Positions 1 through 10,027 of a DNA stretch of 64,000 nt are shown here, in pieces; position 1 is the stretch's first letter; each line of letters begins with the position of its first letter. Both the position numbers and the translations under genes were made by a program. The notes beneath the pieces are model-generated. The model had not been told where the DNA came from and ran no database searches. It was given only the letters and a program-made list of their open reading frames with translations. Source of the stretch: Candidatus Uhrbacteria bacterium (GTDB lineage Bacteria > Patescibacteriota > Patescibacteriia > UBA9934 > GWF2-40-263); the NCBI GenBank assembly GCA_023246355.1, contig JAHFIQ010000001.1:17887-81886 (forward strand), read 5' to 3'.

Positions 1-723
1 CGGAACATACCCTGCCGCCTTGATCGCAAGCATGATCATCTTGAACGCGTCTTCGTTGGTTTTGAGTGGAACCGCATAGCCGCCTTCGTCGCCCTTGAGG
101 GTTGAGAATCCTCTTTTCTTCAGAAGCGCGCCAAGCTCGTGGAACACTTCTGCGCCACACCTCACACGTTCACGAAACTTTTTCTGCAGGGGGACGATCA
201 TGAATTCTTGGAAGTCGAGAATCCAACCAGCGTGCGCTCCACCGTTTAAGACGTTCATGGTCGGGAGCGGCATTCGATAGGTCCTATTGGTCCCATTGGA
301 CTTAGACAGATCAAAGACCCATCGCAGATACGCATACAACGGCATCTGTTTTGCCCGAGCCGCAGCATGAGCGCAGGCAAGAGACACACCGAGAATCGCG
401 TTTGCCCCCAGCTTGGATTTGTTCATGGTCCCATCCAGTGCAAGCATCACCGCATCAATGTCGCGTTGATGCGTGACGTTCATGCCCCTCAGCGCTGGCG
501 CGATTTTTTTGTGAACGTTTGCTATAGCTTTTAAAACACCTTGCCCGTGATAACGCTTCTTGTCCCCATCGCGTAATTCAAGCGCCTCATGCACACCGGT
601 TGAGGCGCCACTTGGCACAGAGGCTGATCCTGAAACGCCATTTTCAAGCAAGACCGTCACCGAGAGAGTCGGATTGCCGCGTGAGTCTAAAATTTCGTGT
701 GCGTGAATGGATTCGATTTTCAT
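1..723 (-). CDS. eno: enolase (partial; C-terminus lies beyond window start)
   Basis: Reverse translation from 723 gives MKIESIHAHEILDSRGNPTLSV..., a classic enolase N-terminus; its ATG overlaps the pgk stop (ATGA). Confidence 0.9.
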   Translation of the reverse strand, partial: MKIESIHAHEILDSRGNPTLSVTVLLENGVSGSASVPSGASTGVHEALELRDGDKKRYHGQGVLKAIANVHKKIAPALRGMNVTHQRDIDAVMLALDGTMNKSKLGANAILGVSLACAHAAARAKQMPLYAYLRWVFDLSKSNGTNRTYRMPLPTMNVLNGGAHAGWILDFQEFMIVPLQKKFRERVRCGAEVFHELGALLKKRGFSTLKGDEGGYAVPLKTNEDAFKMIMLAIKAAGYVP

Positions 724-1904
724 AGGGTGAGGGCATCAACGCCAGGCAAAGGCTGGCCGGATAAAAATTGTAACATCGCACCGCCACCTGTGGAGAGTAG
801 CGTAAATTTGTCCGCCAATCCGAGGGACTCGATGAGCGGCATGGTGTCTCCTCCCCCCACAACCGTTGTGGCTTTTCCTGTACGTGAGGCCATGGCTATG
901 GCGATCTCGCGTGTTCCATGACAAAACGGTTGGATCTCGCAATACCCAAGCGGTCCATTCCAGACAATCGTCTTGGCGCTGCCAAGCATTTCCTGAAACG
1001 CCTTCACGGTCGCAGGACCAATGTCCACGATCCGGTCGCTCGCGTGAACAGCATCCGTGGTGACGACCTTACGTTTGGCATCACGACGAAGCGACCGCAC
1101 CACGACCACATCTGTTGGCAGGGCAAGTTTGTCTGCGTGCGACTTCAACAGCTTGGCACAGGCAGCGACGGATTCTTTTTCATAAACAGATTTCCCAACG
1201 CCTTTTCCTTGGGCAACCAAAAAGGCTGTGGCCAGAGCTCCACCGAGCAGGACGTGATCAAGCAGAGGAAGGAAACGCTCGAGCAATGGAATCTTGGTCG
1301 TCATCTTGAGACCACCCAGCACAAGCACGAATGGTTTTTTGCTGTGCGCCCCAAGTCTTCCAAGCACAGAAAGCTCATCGTGAAGAAGGGGTCCAGCGAA
1401 GGACGGAAGTTCACTGGTGATCGCATCCACACTCGCATGAGCCCGGTGAGAAACCGCAAATGCATCGTTCACATACAGGTCGCCAAGTTTGGCAAGCGCC
1501 TCGGCAAATGAGGGAGCGTTTTCTTCTTCGCGAGGATCAAAACGAAGATTTTCCAGGAGCAGCACTTCACCGTCTTGCATCACACGGACAGCTTTTTCTA
1601 CGTCCGCACCCACGACAGATCGTGCGACCTTCACTTTGGTACTCAACAGCCCCGAAAGACGTCTGGCAATCGGTTTGACTGAATAAGCCGCAACACGTTT
1701 TCCCTCTGGTCGCCCCAGATGCGTCATCACAATCACCCGCGCTCCTCGCTGCAACAGCCAATTCATCCCAACGGCTGATCGAGCAATACGACCATGTGGC
1801 CCATCCACGGCACGGCCTTTGACAATGGGCACGTTGCCATCAATACGAACCAAGACGCGTTTTCCGCGTAAGTTCATGGCAGTGGTGAGCCGGCGCAGCT
1901 TCAT
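720..1904 (-). CDS. pgk: phosphoglycerate kinase
   Basis: 394-aa ORF with RVDfNVP-like N-terminus and PGK-typical length; 4-nt overlap with the gap stop. Confidence 0.9.
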   Translation of the reverse strand: MKLRRLTTAMNLRGKRVLVRIDGNVPIVKGRAVDGPHGRIARSAVGMNWLLQRGARVIVMTHLGRPEGKRVAAYSVKPIARRLSGLLSTKVKVARSVVGADVEKAVRVMQDGEVLLLENLRFDPREEENAPSFAEALAKLGDLYVNDAFAVSHRAHASVDAITSELPSFAGPLLHDELSVLGRLGAHSKKPFVLVLGGLKMTTKIPLLERFLPLLDHVLLGGALATAFLVAQGKGVGKSVYEKESVAACAKLLKSHADKLALPTDVVVVRSLRRDAKRKVVTTDAVHASDRIVDIGPATVKAFQEMLGSAKTIVWNGPLGYCEIQPFCHGTREIAIAMASRTGKATTVVGGGDTMPLIESLGLADKFTLLSTGGGAMLQFLSGQPLPGVDALTL

Positions 1905-2908
1905 AACTTCCCTACATGCTCAACCAAATCTAGTAATCGCTGCGTGTATCCCCATTCGTTGTCATACCACGCCAAAATTTTCACAAGGTCGCCATCCACC
2001 ACGCGTGTCATTTCCAGATCCACGACCGTGCCATAGGGTGTGCCAATAAAATCAGAAGACACGAGCGGTTCATCGGTCACACCCAAAATACCTTTCCAGC
2101 GAGGAGATTTGGCTGCATCGACAAAGAGTTGGTTGACTTCTTCCACACTCGTATTCTTTTTGAGAAGAAACGTAAAATCGGTGAGTGACACATCGATCGT
2201 TGGCACGCGCACGGCAATCCCATCAAACTTCTCCTTCAGACTGGTGACAACTTTGGTTGTGGCTTTCGCGGCTCCGGTGGAGGTCGGGATCATGTTGACA
2301 AGGGCTGCGCGTGCACGGCGGAGATCGGGATGACCCTTTGGAGGAAGACCGTCTACGAGATTTTGCTCAGCTGTCACGGAGTGGATCGTGGTCATCATGG
2401 CTTTTTTCACACCGAGCGACTCAGCCAAAATCTGCGCCACCGGCGCCACGGAGTTGGTCGTGCACGACGCGTTGTTCACAACCGTGTCAGATGTTTTGCA
2501 GGCGGTATGATTCACGCCCATTAAAAATGTTGGAGCCTCATCTGAGGGAGCGGAAATCACGACTTTCTTGGCGCCGGCCGTGAGATGTTTTTGTGCGTCA
2601 GCAAGTTTGGTGAACCGGCCAGTGGACTCCACGACCACATCGACTTTTTCTTTCCCCCATGGAATCAACGCTGGATCCGTTTGCGTAAAAACAGGAATGA
2701 CTTTGCCATCGATCTTCAAGTGATCTTTTCCTGCCGTGACCTTGTGATTGAAGGCACGAAACACGGAATCGTACTTGAGCAGATGCGCCAAAATTTTTGG
2801 CTCGGTCAAATCATTCAAAGCCACAAAGGAAAGCCCTTTGCGATTCATCCCAGCGCGTAGCGTAGTGCGGCCAATCCGGCCAAAGCCATTGATAGCGACT
2901 CGAAGCAT
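1901..2908 (-). CDS. gap: glyceraldehyde-3-phosphate dehydrogenase
   Basis: 335 aa; N-terminal NGFGRIGR Rossmann motif and the ASCTTN active-site region. Confidence 0.9.
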   Translation of the reverse strand: MLRVAINGFGRIGRTTLRAGMNRKGLSFVALNDLTEPKILAHLLKYDSVFRAFNHKVTAGKDHLKIDGKVIPVFTQTDPALIPWGKEKVDVVVESTGRFTKLADAQKHLTAGAKKVVISAPSDEAPTFLMGVNHTACKTSDTVVNNASCTTNSVAPVAQILAESLGVKKAMMTTIHSVTAEQNLVDGLPPKGHPDLRRARAALVNMIPTSTGAAKATTKVVTSLKEKFDGIAVRVPTIDVSLTDFTFLLKKNTSVEEVNQLFVDAAKSPRWKGILGVTDEPLVSSDFIGTPYGTVVDLEMTRVVDGDLVKILAWYDNEWGYTQRLLDLVEHVGKL

Positions 2909-2970
2909 AGAAAATAATGTGGGTAGCCCCAGGCTTCAGCTTGGGTGCGATTGATCGATCACTAGTTTAT

Positions 2971-2998
2971 CACAACCAAAAAACAGGGGCGAACCCTG
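2971..2998 (-). terminator. rho-independent terminator downstream of tsf (minus strand)
   Basis: On the minus strand: CAGGG-TTCGC-CCCTG hairpin followed by TTTTTTGG. Confidence 0.55.
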
Positions 2999-3138
2999 TT
3001 TCTTTTCTGATGGGACTGTTTCCAAATGCGATGAGACCTGCTTGAACGGGGAAGCCAGCCGCCGAGACGTAGTGAAAACTACGTTGAGGTGGTGGCGGGG
3101 CCCCGTGAAAGCAGGGATCGCGCATTTGGGAAGAGTCC

Positions 3139-3726
3139 CTAGATACTGAAGCGAGCAAACCGCCGTATCTGCATATTCTCTCCCAGACTGGCGATTTTGC
3201 TTTTTACAAATTCCTCAATGGTCACATCCTCGTCCTTGATGAACGGCTGTTCCAGAAGCACGACCTCAGAATACCATTTGTTGAGTTTCCCTTCGACGAT
3301 TTTCGCGATCACCTCAGAGGGTTTGCCTTGCCCTTCCATTTCAGCCGTATAAATTTCTTTTTCCTTTGTCACGATCTCCTCTGGCACATCCTGACGAGAG
3401 AGATACAAAGGATCCGCCGCACTCACATGCAAGGCCAGGTCATGACAAAAAGAAATGAACGCTTCGTTGCGCGCGACAAAATCTGTCTCACACAATACTT
3501 CGACCATGGCGCCGAGCTTTCCATTGGCATGGATATAGCTATGCACACGACCCTCGTGGGTTTCGCGGTCAGCTTTCTTGGCAGCCTTGGCCACGCCGCG
3601 CTCTCGCAAGAGAACAACCGCTTTCTCCACGTCCCCCGATGTTTCCTCCAGAGCTTTTTTGGCGTCCATCATGCCGGCCCCTGTTTGGGCGCGCAGATCG
3701 GCCACCTGTTTTGCATCAATGCTCAT
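3139..3726 (-). CDS. tsf: elongation factor Ts
   Basis: 195 aa; N-terminus ...LRAQTGAGMMDAKKAL; co-oriented with rpsB in the usual rpsB-tsf order. Confidence 0.9.
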   Translation of the reverse strand: MSIDAKQVADLRAQTGAGMMDAKKALEETSGDVEKAVVLLRERGVAKAAKKADRETHEGRVHSYIHANGKLGAMVEVLCETDFVARNEAFISFCHDLALHVSAADPLYLSRQDVPEEIVTKEKEIYTAEMEGQGKPSEVIAKIVEGKLNKWYSEVVLLEQPFIKDEDVTIEEFVKSKIASLGENMQIRRFARFSI

Positions 3727-4454
3727 ACGTCTGTGGTCTTCTTGGTCACGACTGCTGCCGCTTTCATGGCCTCAGCCTTCCCCTCCTTAATCGCCTCGCT
3801 GGCGAGCTTAGAAATCATCTCAATCGCTTTCACCGCGTCATCATTTCCTGGAATGACTTTTGTAATGGCCGCGGGGTTCACATTCGTGTCACACAGAGCG
3901 ATCACAGGAATGCCTGTCACCTCTGCTTCTTTCACCGCGGTCTTTTCTGTTTTTGTGTCGATCACGAACAGCGCATCAGGCGCTTTTGTGAGATGTTGGA
4001 TGCCGCCGAACTTGTGTTCCATGTCATCGATCTCACGGTTGATCATCAGCTGTTCCATCTTGGTATATTTTTTGAGTTCGCCTTTCTCGCGCTGATCTTT
4101 GAGCGTCTTCATGCGCTTGAGCGTTTGCTTGATCTGCCCAAAATTAGTGAGCGTGCCGCCCAGCCATCGGTTGATGACATAGGGCATCTCGCACGCGGTC
4201 GCAGACGTCTGGATCGATTCCTTTGCTTGGAGCTTGGTCCCAACAAACAGAATGACCCCACCACGCGCCGCAATGCCTTTCAAGGTTTGGAGCGCGTCAC
4301 GGAGCTGAGCTTGCGTTTCCTCAAGGTTAATAATGTGGACGCCTGCACGTTCTCCGAAGATGTATTTTTTCATCTTGGGATGCCAGCGAGACGTCTGATG
4401 GCCGAAGTGCATGCCGGTTTTCAGCATGTCGACCAAGGACGGAAGATTGGGCAT
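3723..4454 (-). CDS. rpsB: 30S ribosomal protein S2
   Basis: 243 aa; HFGHQTSRWNPKM-like N-terminus. Confidence 0.9.
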   Translation of the reverse strand: MPNLPSLVDMLKTGMHFGHQTSRWHPKMKKYIFGERAGVHIINLEETQAQLRDALQTLKGIAARGGVILFVGTKLQAKESIQTSATACEMPYVINRWLGGTLTNFGQIKQTLKRMKTLKDQREKGELKKYTKMEQLMINREIDDMEHKFGGIQHLTKAPDALFVIDTKTEKTAVKEAEVTGIPVIALCDTNVNPAAITKVIPGNDDAVKAIEMISKLASEAIKEGKAEAMKAAAVVTKKTTDV

Positions 4455-4587
4455 ACATTTTCCTTTTGACTTCGGTGGTGCATACGAGGCCCGTAAACGG
4501 GAGGAACTCGCACGCGTTGATCCACCTGTTGAATTATGGCGGGAGTATAAGGATCATCGTCGTCTGCGTCAAGCATCTTGACAATCA

Positions 4588-4616
4588 GGCTGATTCTGAT
4601 AGTGTCTTGGTGCCCA
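4588..4616 (+). promoter_or_regulatory. putative sigma70-like promoter (TTGACA-N14-TGaTAGTGT) directly upstream of ORF 4627
   Basis: TTGACA at ~4588. The block ATTCTGATAGT recurs at 24202 at the same spacing after a TTGACA. Its -10 ends ~10 nt before the ATG, so the transcript would be near-leaderless. Confidence 0.4.
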
Positions 4617-4626
4617 TAGGATTTCA

Positions 4627-4995
4627 ATGTATATCAGACTCATCGGGCTTCTTCCTCTCGTGTTGCTCCTCACTGGCTGTAATGACATCGTCATGTCTGC
4701 CCAGGAGGCTGGAGAAAACCCAAGCAAGATGCTGGGAGCGCTCGCAACATTCGGAACGAGCGTCGCTCTGTTGCTGTTCATCTTCAGCGAAAGAGGAATC
4801 TGGCGAACGATCCTGGATTCCATCATCGTCACAGGGATGGTGGCACTCATCTTCTCACCGTTCTTCTACACCACCGAGGAACCGGAACGCGCCTACATGC
4901 TGGCGGCTTCTGGCGGCATGGGAGTCGTTATCGGACTCCTGGTGAAACTCGTAGACGCGGTGGCAGGATGGCTCAGGAGGCTCGGGGAGACGTAA
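4627..4995 (+). CDS. hypothetical small lipoprotein/membrane protein
   Basis: 122 aa; signal peptide with lipobox LLTGC followed by hydrophobic helices. Confidence 0.5.
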   Translation: MYIRLIGLLPLVLLLTGCNDIVMSAQEAGENPSKMLGALATFGTSVALLLFIFSERGIWRTILDSIIVTGMVALIFSPFFYTTEEPERAYMLAASGGMGVVIGLLVKLVDAVAGWLRRLGET

Positions 4996-5075
4996 CCTGC
5001 CGAGAGGCAGAAAGACGATGCAGCACACCTGCTGCAAACAACAGCGCACGGTACACGACCGAGCGCTTTTAAATT

Positions 5076-6131
5076 TCAACGAATGAACATCGCGTCGCCG
5101 AAGGAGAAGAAACGATACTGCTGACGGATAGCTTCGTGATAGGCAGTGAGGATTCTGTCGCGGCCGGCGAAAGCACTGGCCAAAACAAGCAAGGTCGATT
5201 TGGGAAGATGAAAATTCGTGATGAGAGCATCCACAATCTTGAATTCGAAACCAGGAGTGATAAAGAGATTCACATCACCGGAAAAGCCTTCGGTCGGGAG
5301 CAAGTCGACTGACTTTTTTTCACCGGGGTGAACTTTTTTCAACATCATTTTTGCCACACCCTCCAGTGTCCTCACGGTTGTCGTGCCAACAGCCACCACA
5401 CGACGACCTTCTTGCTTTGCCTGGTTGATCGCTTGCGCAGTCTCGGGTGTGATTGTCACGAACTCCGCATGCATCTCATGTTCCTCGATGGTCTGTGTCT
5501 TCATGGGTCGGAATGTTCCGACACCGACGTGAAGTGTGACGTAGTGAATCTCGATTCCCTTCTCATGGATCTTGCTCAGAAGCTCTTGAGTAAAATGAAA
5601 CCCAGCCGTGGGCGCAGCGACCGAACCCATCTGTTTGGCATACACGGTTTGATACTGATCCAGATTCGCTGGAGCCTCATGGACATACGGCGGAATAGGA
5701 ATCTGGCCGTGGGCATTTGCGTACTCGATCAGCGTTTCGTCCGATACGTCGAATTGGACCAAGAAGACATCTGACTTGGCTACAACCGTTCCCAGTACTG
5801 GACCCATGTTGATTCTGTCTCCCACATGAATGTTCCTGCCAGGCTTCATGAGCACATCCCAAAATTCACCACGCGGCCTGAGCAAAAATACTTCAACGGA
5901 TTTGCCCTTCACCTGCGCCTCCAGTCTGGCTCGAAACACTTTCGTGTTGTTCAACACCAAAACATCTCCCGCTTGGAGTTCGTCCAAGATCTGATAAAAC
6001 CGTTTGTGCTCCCACTCCCCTGTTGTCCGATCCACAACCATGAGCCGCGAGTGGTCACGTGGTTCAACGGAACGCTGAGCGATCAACTCAAGAGGGAGAT
6101 GGTAATCAAAGAGGTCTGTGGAAGTCCCCAT
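5076..6131 (-). CDS. queA: S-adenosylmethionine:tRNA ribosyltransferase-isomerase
   Basis: Start moved to the internal Met (MGTSTDLFDYHLPLELIAQ...), which matches the QueA N-terminus; the longer track ORF would overlap rpmE. Confidence 0.85.
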   Translation of the reverse strand: MGTSTDLFDYHLPLELIAQRSVEPRDHSRLMVVDRTTGEWEHKRFYQILDELQAGDVLVLNNTKVFRARLEAQVKGKSVEVFLLRPRGEFWDVLMKPGRNIHVGDRINMGPVLGTVVAKSDVFLVQFDVSDETLIEYANAHGQIPIPPYVHEAPANLDQYQTVYAKQMGSVAAPTAGFHFTQELLSKIHEKGIEIHYVTLHVGVGTFRPMKTQTIEEHEMHAEFVTITPETAQAINQAKQEGRRVVAVGTTTVRTLEGVAKMMLKKVHPGEKKSVDLLPTEGFSGDVNLFITPGFEFKIVDALITNFHLPKSTLLVLASAFAGRDRILTAYHEAIRQQYRFFSFGDAMFIR

Positions 6132-6224
6132 AACCCCAATATCATGAAGGATTCGCTTGAGATTGACAATCAACACACCCACTGTTATTCTCTGGCCACC
6201 GCACATATACCCGTGTGCCATCCT

Positions 6225-6515
6225 ATGAAAAAGGACATTCATCCAGAGTATTTCACAGACGCCAAAATCACCTGCGCCTGTGGAGCCGTCTATAAAATCG
6301 GCTCAACCCGCGAGGATATTCAAGTTGAATTGTGTGCCGCCTGCCATCCGTTTTACACAGGCAAGCAAAAAATTCTCGACACCGCTCGCCGCGTGGAGAA
6401 ATTCCAAGAGCGCGCCACCCGAAAAGTTGCTGGCACTACCGGCAAAAAGGTCAAAAAGCTCAAACGGACGGCTGCAAAGGTCGCCAAGCGCGAAGAAAAA
6501 GAGAAAGCCGCGTAA
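6225..6515 (+). CDS. rpmE: 50S ribosomal protein L31
   Basis: Internal Met of track ORF 5826..6515 gives MKKDIHPEY...CxxC...CHPFYTGKQ, the L31 signature. Confidence 0.85.
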   Translation: MKKDIHPEYFTDAKITCACGAVYKIGSTREDIQVELCAACHPFYTGKQKILDTARRVEKFQERATRKVAGTTGKKVKKLKRTAAKVAKREEKEKAA

Positions 6516-6517
6516 CA

Positions 6518-7624
6518 ATGGTACAATCAAAGGCGTCCTCTTGGACGCTTTTTATGTCTCTCACCGATCAACTCATTGCCCATCGAGCAAAACTACTCGA
6601 ACTCGAGTCCAAGCTTTCCGCTTCGGATACGCTTTCTGATCCGCGAAAACTGCGAGAGGTAAACGCGCAGTACCAAGACGAAAAAGAAATCGTCGAGATC
6701 GGCTCACGCTATGAAAAGGCGCTGACGGACCTTGCGGAAGCAAAATCCACACTCGTGGAATCAAAGGACGCCGAGTTGCTCACCCTCGTGCAGGAAGAAA
6801 TCGCTCAACTGGAACCAACGATTCCCGAGCTCGAGGCAGAGCTCACCGTCGCACTGATTCCACCGGACCCCATGGACAAAAAAAGTATCATCGTGGAAAT
6901 TCGCGCCGGCGCTGGGGGTGATGAATCGTCGCTGTTTGGGGCTGAGCTCATGAGAGCTTATTCTTTTTACGCGGAAGCACATGGATGGAAAACCGAACTT
7001 ATCTCTGCTAACCGAAGCGACGTGGGCGGATACAAGGAAGTCATTTTTGAAATCAAAGGCGTGAACGCGTACAGCCATCTCAAATATGAAAGTGGCGTGC
7101 ATCGTGTTCAGCGCGTGCCTGAAACAGAGAAAGCCGGACGTGTCCATACCTCAACCGTGACCGTGGCGATTTTGCCAGAAGTAGAAGAACTGGACATCAA
7201 AATAAAACCAGAAGATTTGAAAATCGAAGCCACGACCTCTCAAGGTGCAGGTGGCCAAAGCGTGAACACCACGTACTCCGCTGTGCGCGTGACACATCTT
7301 CCCACCGGCATCATGGTGTACTGCCAAGAGGAACGCAGCTTCAAACAAAACAAAGAGCGAGCCCTGTCGATCATTCGAGCTCGCGTGTATGCGGGTGAAC
7401 AGGAGCGGATTCAAAAAGAACGTGTCGAAGCACGGCGCGGCCAGATCGGCACGGGTGATCGCTCAGAAAAAATCCGCACCTACAATTTTCCACAGGACCG
7501 CGTAACCGATCACCGCATCCAAGAAAACTTTCACAACCTGCCAGCGATCATGAATGGACACCTTGAGCCAATCATCCTCGCCCTCAAAAAAGCCGAGGTC
7601 GCTGAACGTCTTTCAACGTCGTAA
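6518..7624 (+). CDS. prfA: peptide chain release factor 1
   Basis: GGQ motif (SQGAGGQSVNTT) and a PxT-type tripeptide (RVPETE), so RF1 rather than RF2. Confidence 0.85.
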   Translation: MVQSKASSWTLFMSLTDQLIAHRAKLLELESKLSASDTLSDPRKLREVNAQYQDEKEIVEIGSRYEKALTDLAEAKSTLVESKDAELLTLVQEEIAQLEPTIPELEAELTVALIPPDPMDKKSIIVEIRAGAGGDESSLFGAELMRAYSFYAEAHGWKTELISANRSDVGGYKEVIFEIKGVNAYSHLKYESGVHRVQRVPETEKAGRVHTSTVTVAILPEVEELDIKIKPEDLKIEATTSQGAGGQSVNTTYSAVRVTHLPTGIMVYCQEERSFKQNKERALSIIRARVYAGEQERIQKERVEARRGQIGTGDRSEKIRTYNFPQDRVTDHRIQENFHNLPAIMNGHLEPIILALKKAEVAERLSTS

Positions 7625-7626
7625 GT

Positions 7627-8322
7627 ATGCAAGCGATCATTCTTGCCGCCGGCAAAGGCGCACGATTGCGTCCCATTACGAATCAAACACCAAAAGCCCT
7701 CATCGACATCGCAGGCAAGCCGCTCATCGAATACGTGCTGCAGGCACTTCCAGATGCTGTCGATGAAATTTTTGTGGTGGTGAATCATCTGCGCGAGTCT
7801 CTGATGGCGCATCTGGGACCAACGTGGCAGAACAAACCCATCCGCTGGGTCATCCAGGAACCGCTCTCAGGCACGGCCGGGGCTGTGCATCTACTTCACG
7901 ATAAACTCCATGATTCTTTTCTCGTGATAAACGGCGATGATCTTTATCACAAAAACGATCTTGAACGTCTGATCATTCATGATCTCGCTCTGTTGTATTT
8001 CCCTATCGATCACGATCTGAAAGCAGGGGCACGTATCGACAAAGATCACTTTGCAGGACTTGGAGCCGGACGCAATGCTGTGTGCGGCGCCTATGTGTTG
8101 GATCAGCGTTTCTTTTCCGTGTCGCCTGTTGAAATCCAGGTCAGCGAGTTCACAGAGTACGGACTCCCCCAAACACTCGCTGCTCTTGCGAAAACCGAAG
8201 CGATTTCCGCTGTCCAGGCAACGTTCTGGATGCCTGTGGGAACTCAAGAAGAACTAGAAAAAGCTCGAAAAGCACTGGGTGTGGATAAACTAGGGGTATC
8301 TCCCCTTGACGCATCTTTCTGA
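7627..8322 (+). CDS. sugar-phosphate nucleotidyltransferase (NTP_transferase family)
   Basis: N-terminal ILAAGKGARLRP signature; 231 aa. Confidence 0.7.
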   Translation: MQAIILAAGKGARLRPITNQTPKALIDIAGKPLIEYVLQALPDAVDEIFVVVNHLRESLMAHLGPTWQNKPIRWVIQEPLSGTAGAVHLLHDKLHDSFLVINGDDLYHKNDLERLIIHDLALLYFPIDHDLKAGARIDKDHFAGLGAGRNAVCGAYVLDQRFFSVSPVEIQVSEFTEYGLPQTLAALAKTEAISAVQATFWMPVGTQEELEKARKALGVDKLGVSPLDASF

Positions 8323-9053
8323 GTCATATAACCTAGTCGTTACCGTCGGATGGCGAAGCGCAAGCTAAACCCAATCGACACAGCGCTCGTGAAGACGAAA
8401 GTCCACACGATCGCGAACGATCACGGGATCGAGAACAGGAAAAGGAAACTCAAGGCGACGGCCGAGAGTCAGGCACCGTTGGTGTCCCATAAGCCAAGCT
8501 TGAGGATTAAAACCCCTCAGCCGCAAACGGGAACAAACACCAGCCGCCGTCCTAATCCCCTCGTGAACCTGATCACCCCTCCTCAAAGCGAGTATCGACA
8601 ACATTCGGGTTCGCCTGGACAACATCGAGAAAACTCTGAGGACTCAAGGACAAAGCTCCTGCGTACCTGTGGAAAGACAGCAATGTCGATCCTAGCCAGT
8701 AGCCGAGGCCATAGATCTGCGACAAGTGATCCTCACGGATCAACTACCGCAAGTCAAAGCCAAAAGCGAAAGCAACAGAAAAACAGAAGCTGACAAGATG
8801 TCGCGGTAATAACCAAAAGCCAAGACTCACGTTTGTCCAAGAGAACGTCCGGAGGGATGGAGAGTGCATGACTGAAAATCTGGAACAAACGTGAGAGACG
8901 CTTGCGCCTCTTCCGTCCAGGTCAAGGTTTACACCTTCCACTCCCCTCCGTTCGTTGGAACGCCTGCGAACAAAGACCTCGGTCTCCACCCGCAACGACA
9001 GACTCACGCCCAAAAAGCCTCTGAGTCTGTTTTCTATTTGCTATACTTTCCCC

Positions 9054-9965
9054 ATGACCGTCATGGAAGCCCTTCAGTGGGCGAACAACAAACTGCGTAA
9101 GACTGGCGTTGATTCGCCTATGTTGGACGCGGAAATTCTTCTCTCTCACACCCTTGAAGTTTCCAAGTCATGGCTGTTTTCGCATTTCACGGATCCGCTC
9201 AAGACGCACCAACGAGAAAAATTCCATCTGCTCGTGGATCGCCGAGGCACCAGAGAACCTGTCGCCTACTTGGTTGGAAAAAAATCGTTCTACGGGCGTG
9301 ATTTTCAAGTGAACTCCTTTGTCCTCATCCCTCGGCCAGAAACAGAAACGCTCATCGAGACAGCGCTTGAGGTTCTGAGAGATGCTGATCCTGAGAGAAC
9401 ATTGCTTGCCGACATCGGCACAGGATCAGGAGCTATCGCTGTGACACTGGCCGCCGAGACCAAGCTTCCCATGATCGCGAGCGACATCGATCCCTCGGCG
9501 CTTTCCGTTGCAAAACAAAACGCCGCGCTCGCGGGCGTCGCTGACCAAATCGATTTCCAACAAGGCAATCTTGCCGAGCCTCTCATCCGCCTTTTCAAAT
9601 CCATTCGAGGACAGACAGGAGTCAAAACATCATCCGTGTATCCATTCAAACATCTGGTCGTCACCGCAAATCTTCCTTACTTACCCGAATCCAGAATCGA
9701 GAGACTGGAACCTGAAGTAAAAACCTACGAACCGCATCTCGCTCTTGCCTCAGGCGCGGACGGCCTTGATCATTACTTTGAACTGTTCCGTGAGCTCCGC
9801 CAAAATCGCAAAGTCCTTCCACGCCGTCTCACGGTCGTGATCGAAATCGATCCTGACCAAAAAACAGCCATTGAAAAGATGCTCCACCACGACTTCCCGA
9901 GCGCCAAGCCCGAAACACACAAGGACCTGCACGGCCACGATCGAGTGGTGAGGGTGGAGCTGTAG
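9054..9965 (+). CDS. prmC: release factor glutamine N5-methyltransferase (PrmC/HemK)
   Basis: Internal Met MTVMEALQWANNKL...; SAM-MTase motif DIGTGSGAIA; NPPY-like VTANLPYL. Confidence 0.8.
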   Translation: MTVMEALQWANNKLRKTGVDSPMLDAEILLSHTLEVSKSWLFSHFTDPLKTHQREKFHLLVDRRGTREPVAYLVGKKSFYGRDFQVNSFVLIPRPETETLIETALEVLRDADPERTLLADIGTGSGAIAVTLAAETKLPMIASDIDPSALSVAKQNAALAGVADQIDFQQGNLAEPLIRLFKSIRGQTGVKTSSVYPFKHLVVTANLPYLPESRIERLEPEVKTYEPHLALASGADGLDHYFELFRELRQNRKVLPRRLTVVIEIDPDQKTAIEKMLHHDFPSAKPETHKDLHGHDRVVRVEL

Positions 9966-10027
9966 CTTGACGGCCGTGCTTTTTTGTGCGATCGTGTGGC
10001 TGGTCATCCAGACCATCCGGAGTTGCG

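Noticed and set aside
8350-8793. 147-aa ORF as a protein-coding gene
   Set aside because: Low-complexity S/T/P/Q/R composition with overlapping ORFs on the opposite strand, in a stop-poor spacer; no domain-like features.
8340-9050. RNase P RNA, tmRNA or SRP RNA in the prfA-prmC spacer
   Set aside because: GAAAGUCC is present, but no complementary P4 3' strand (GUGUGGCUU-like) could be found. There is no tRNA-like T-arm (GGTTCGA) and no ALAA tag frame for tmRNA. The GUCC-GGAG-GGA hairpin lacks the SRP domain IV internal-loop motif (AGCAGC). Unresolved without a covariance-model search.
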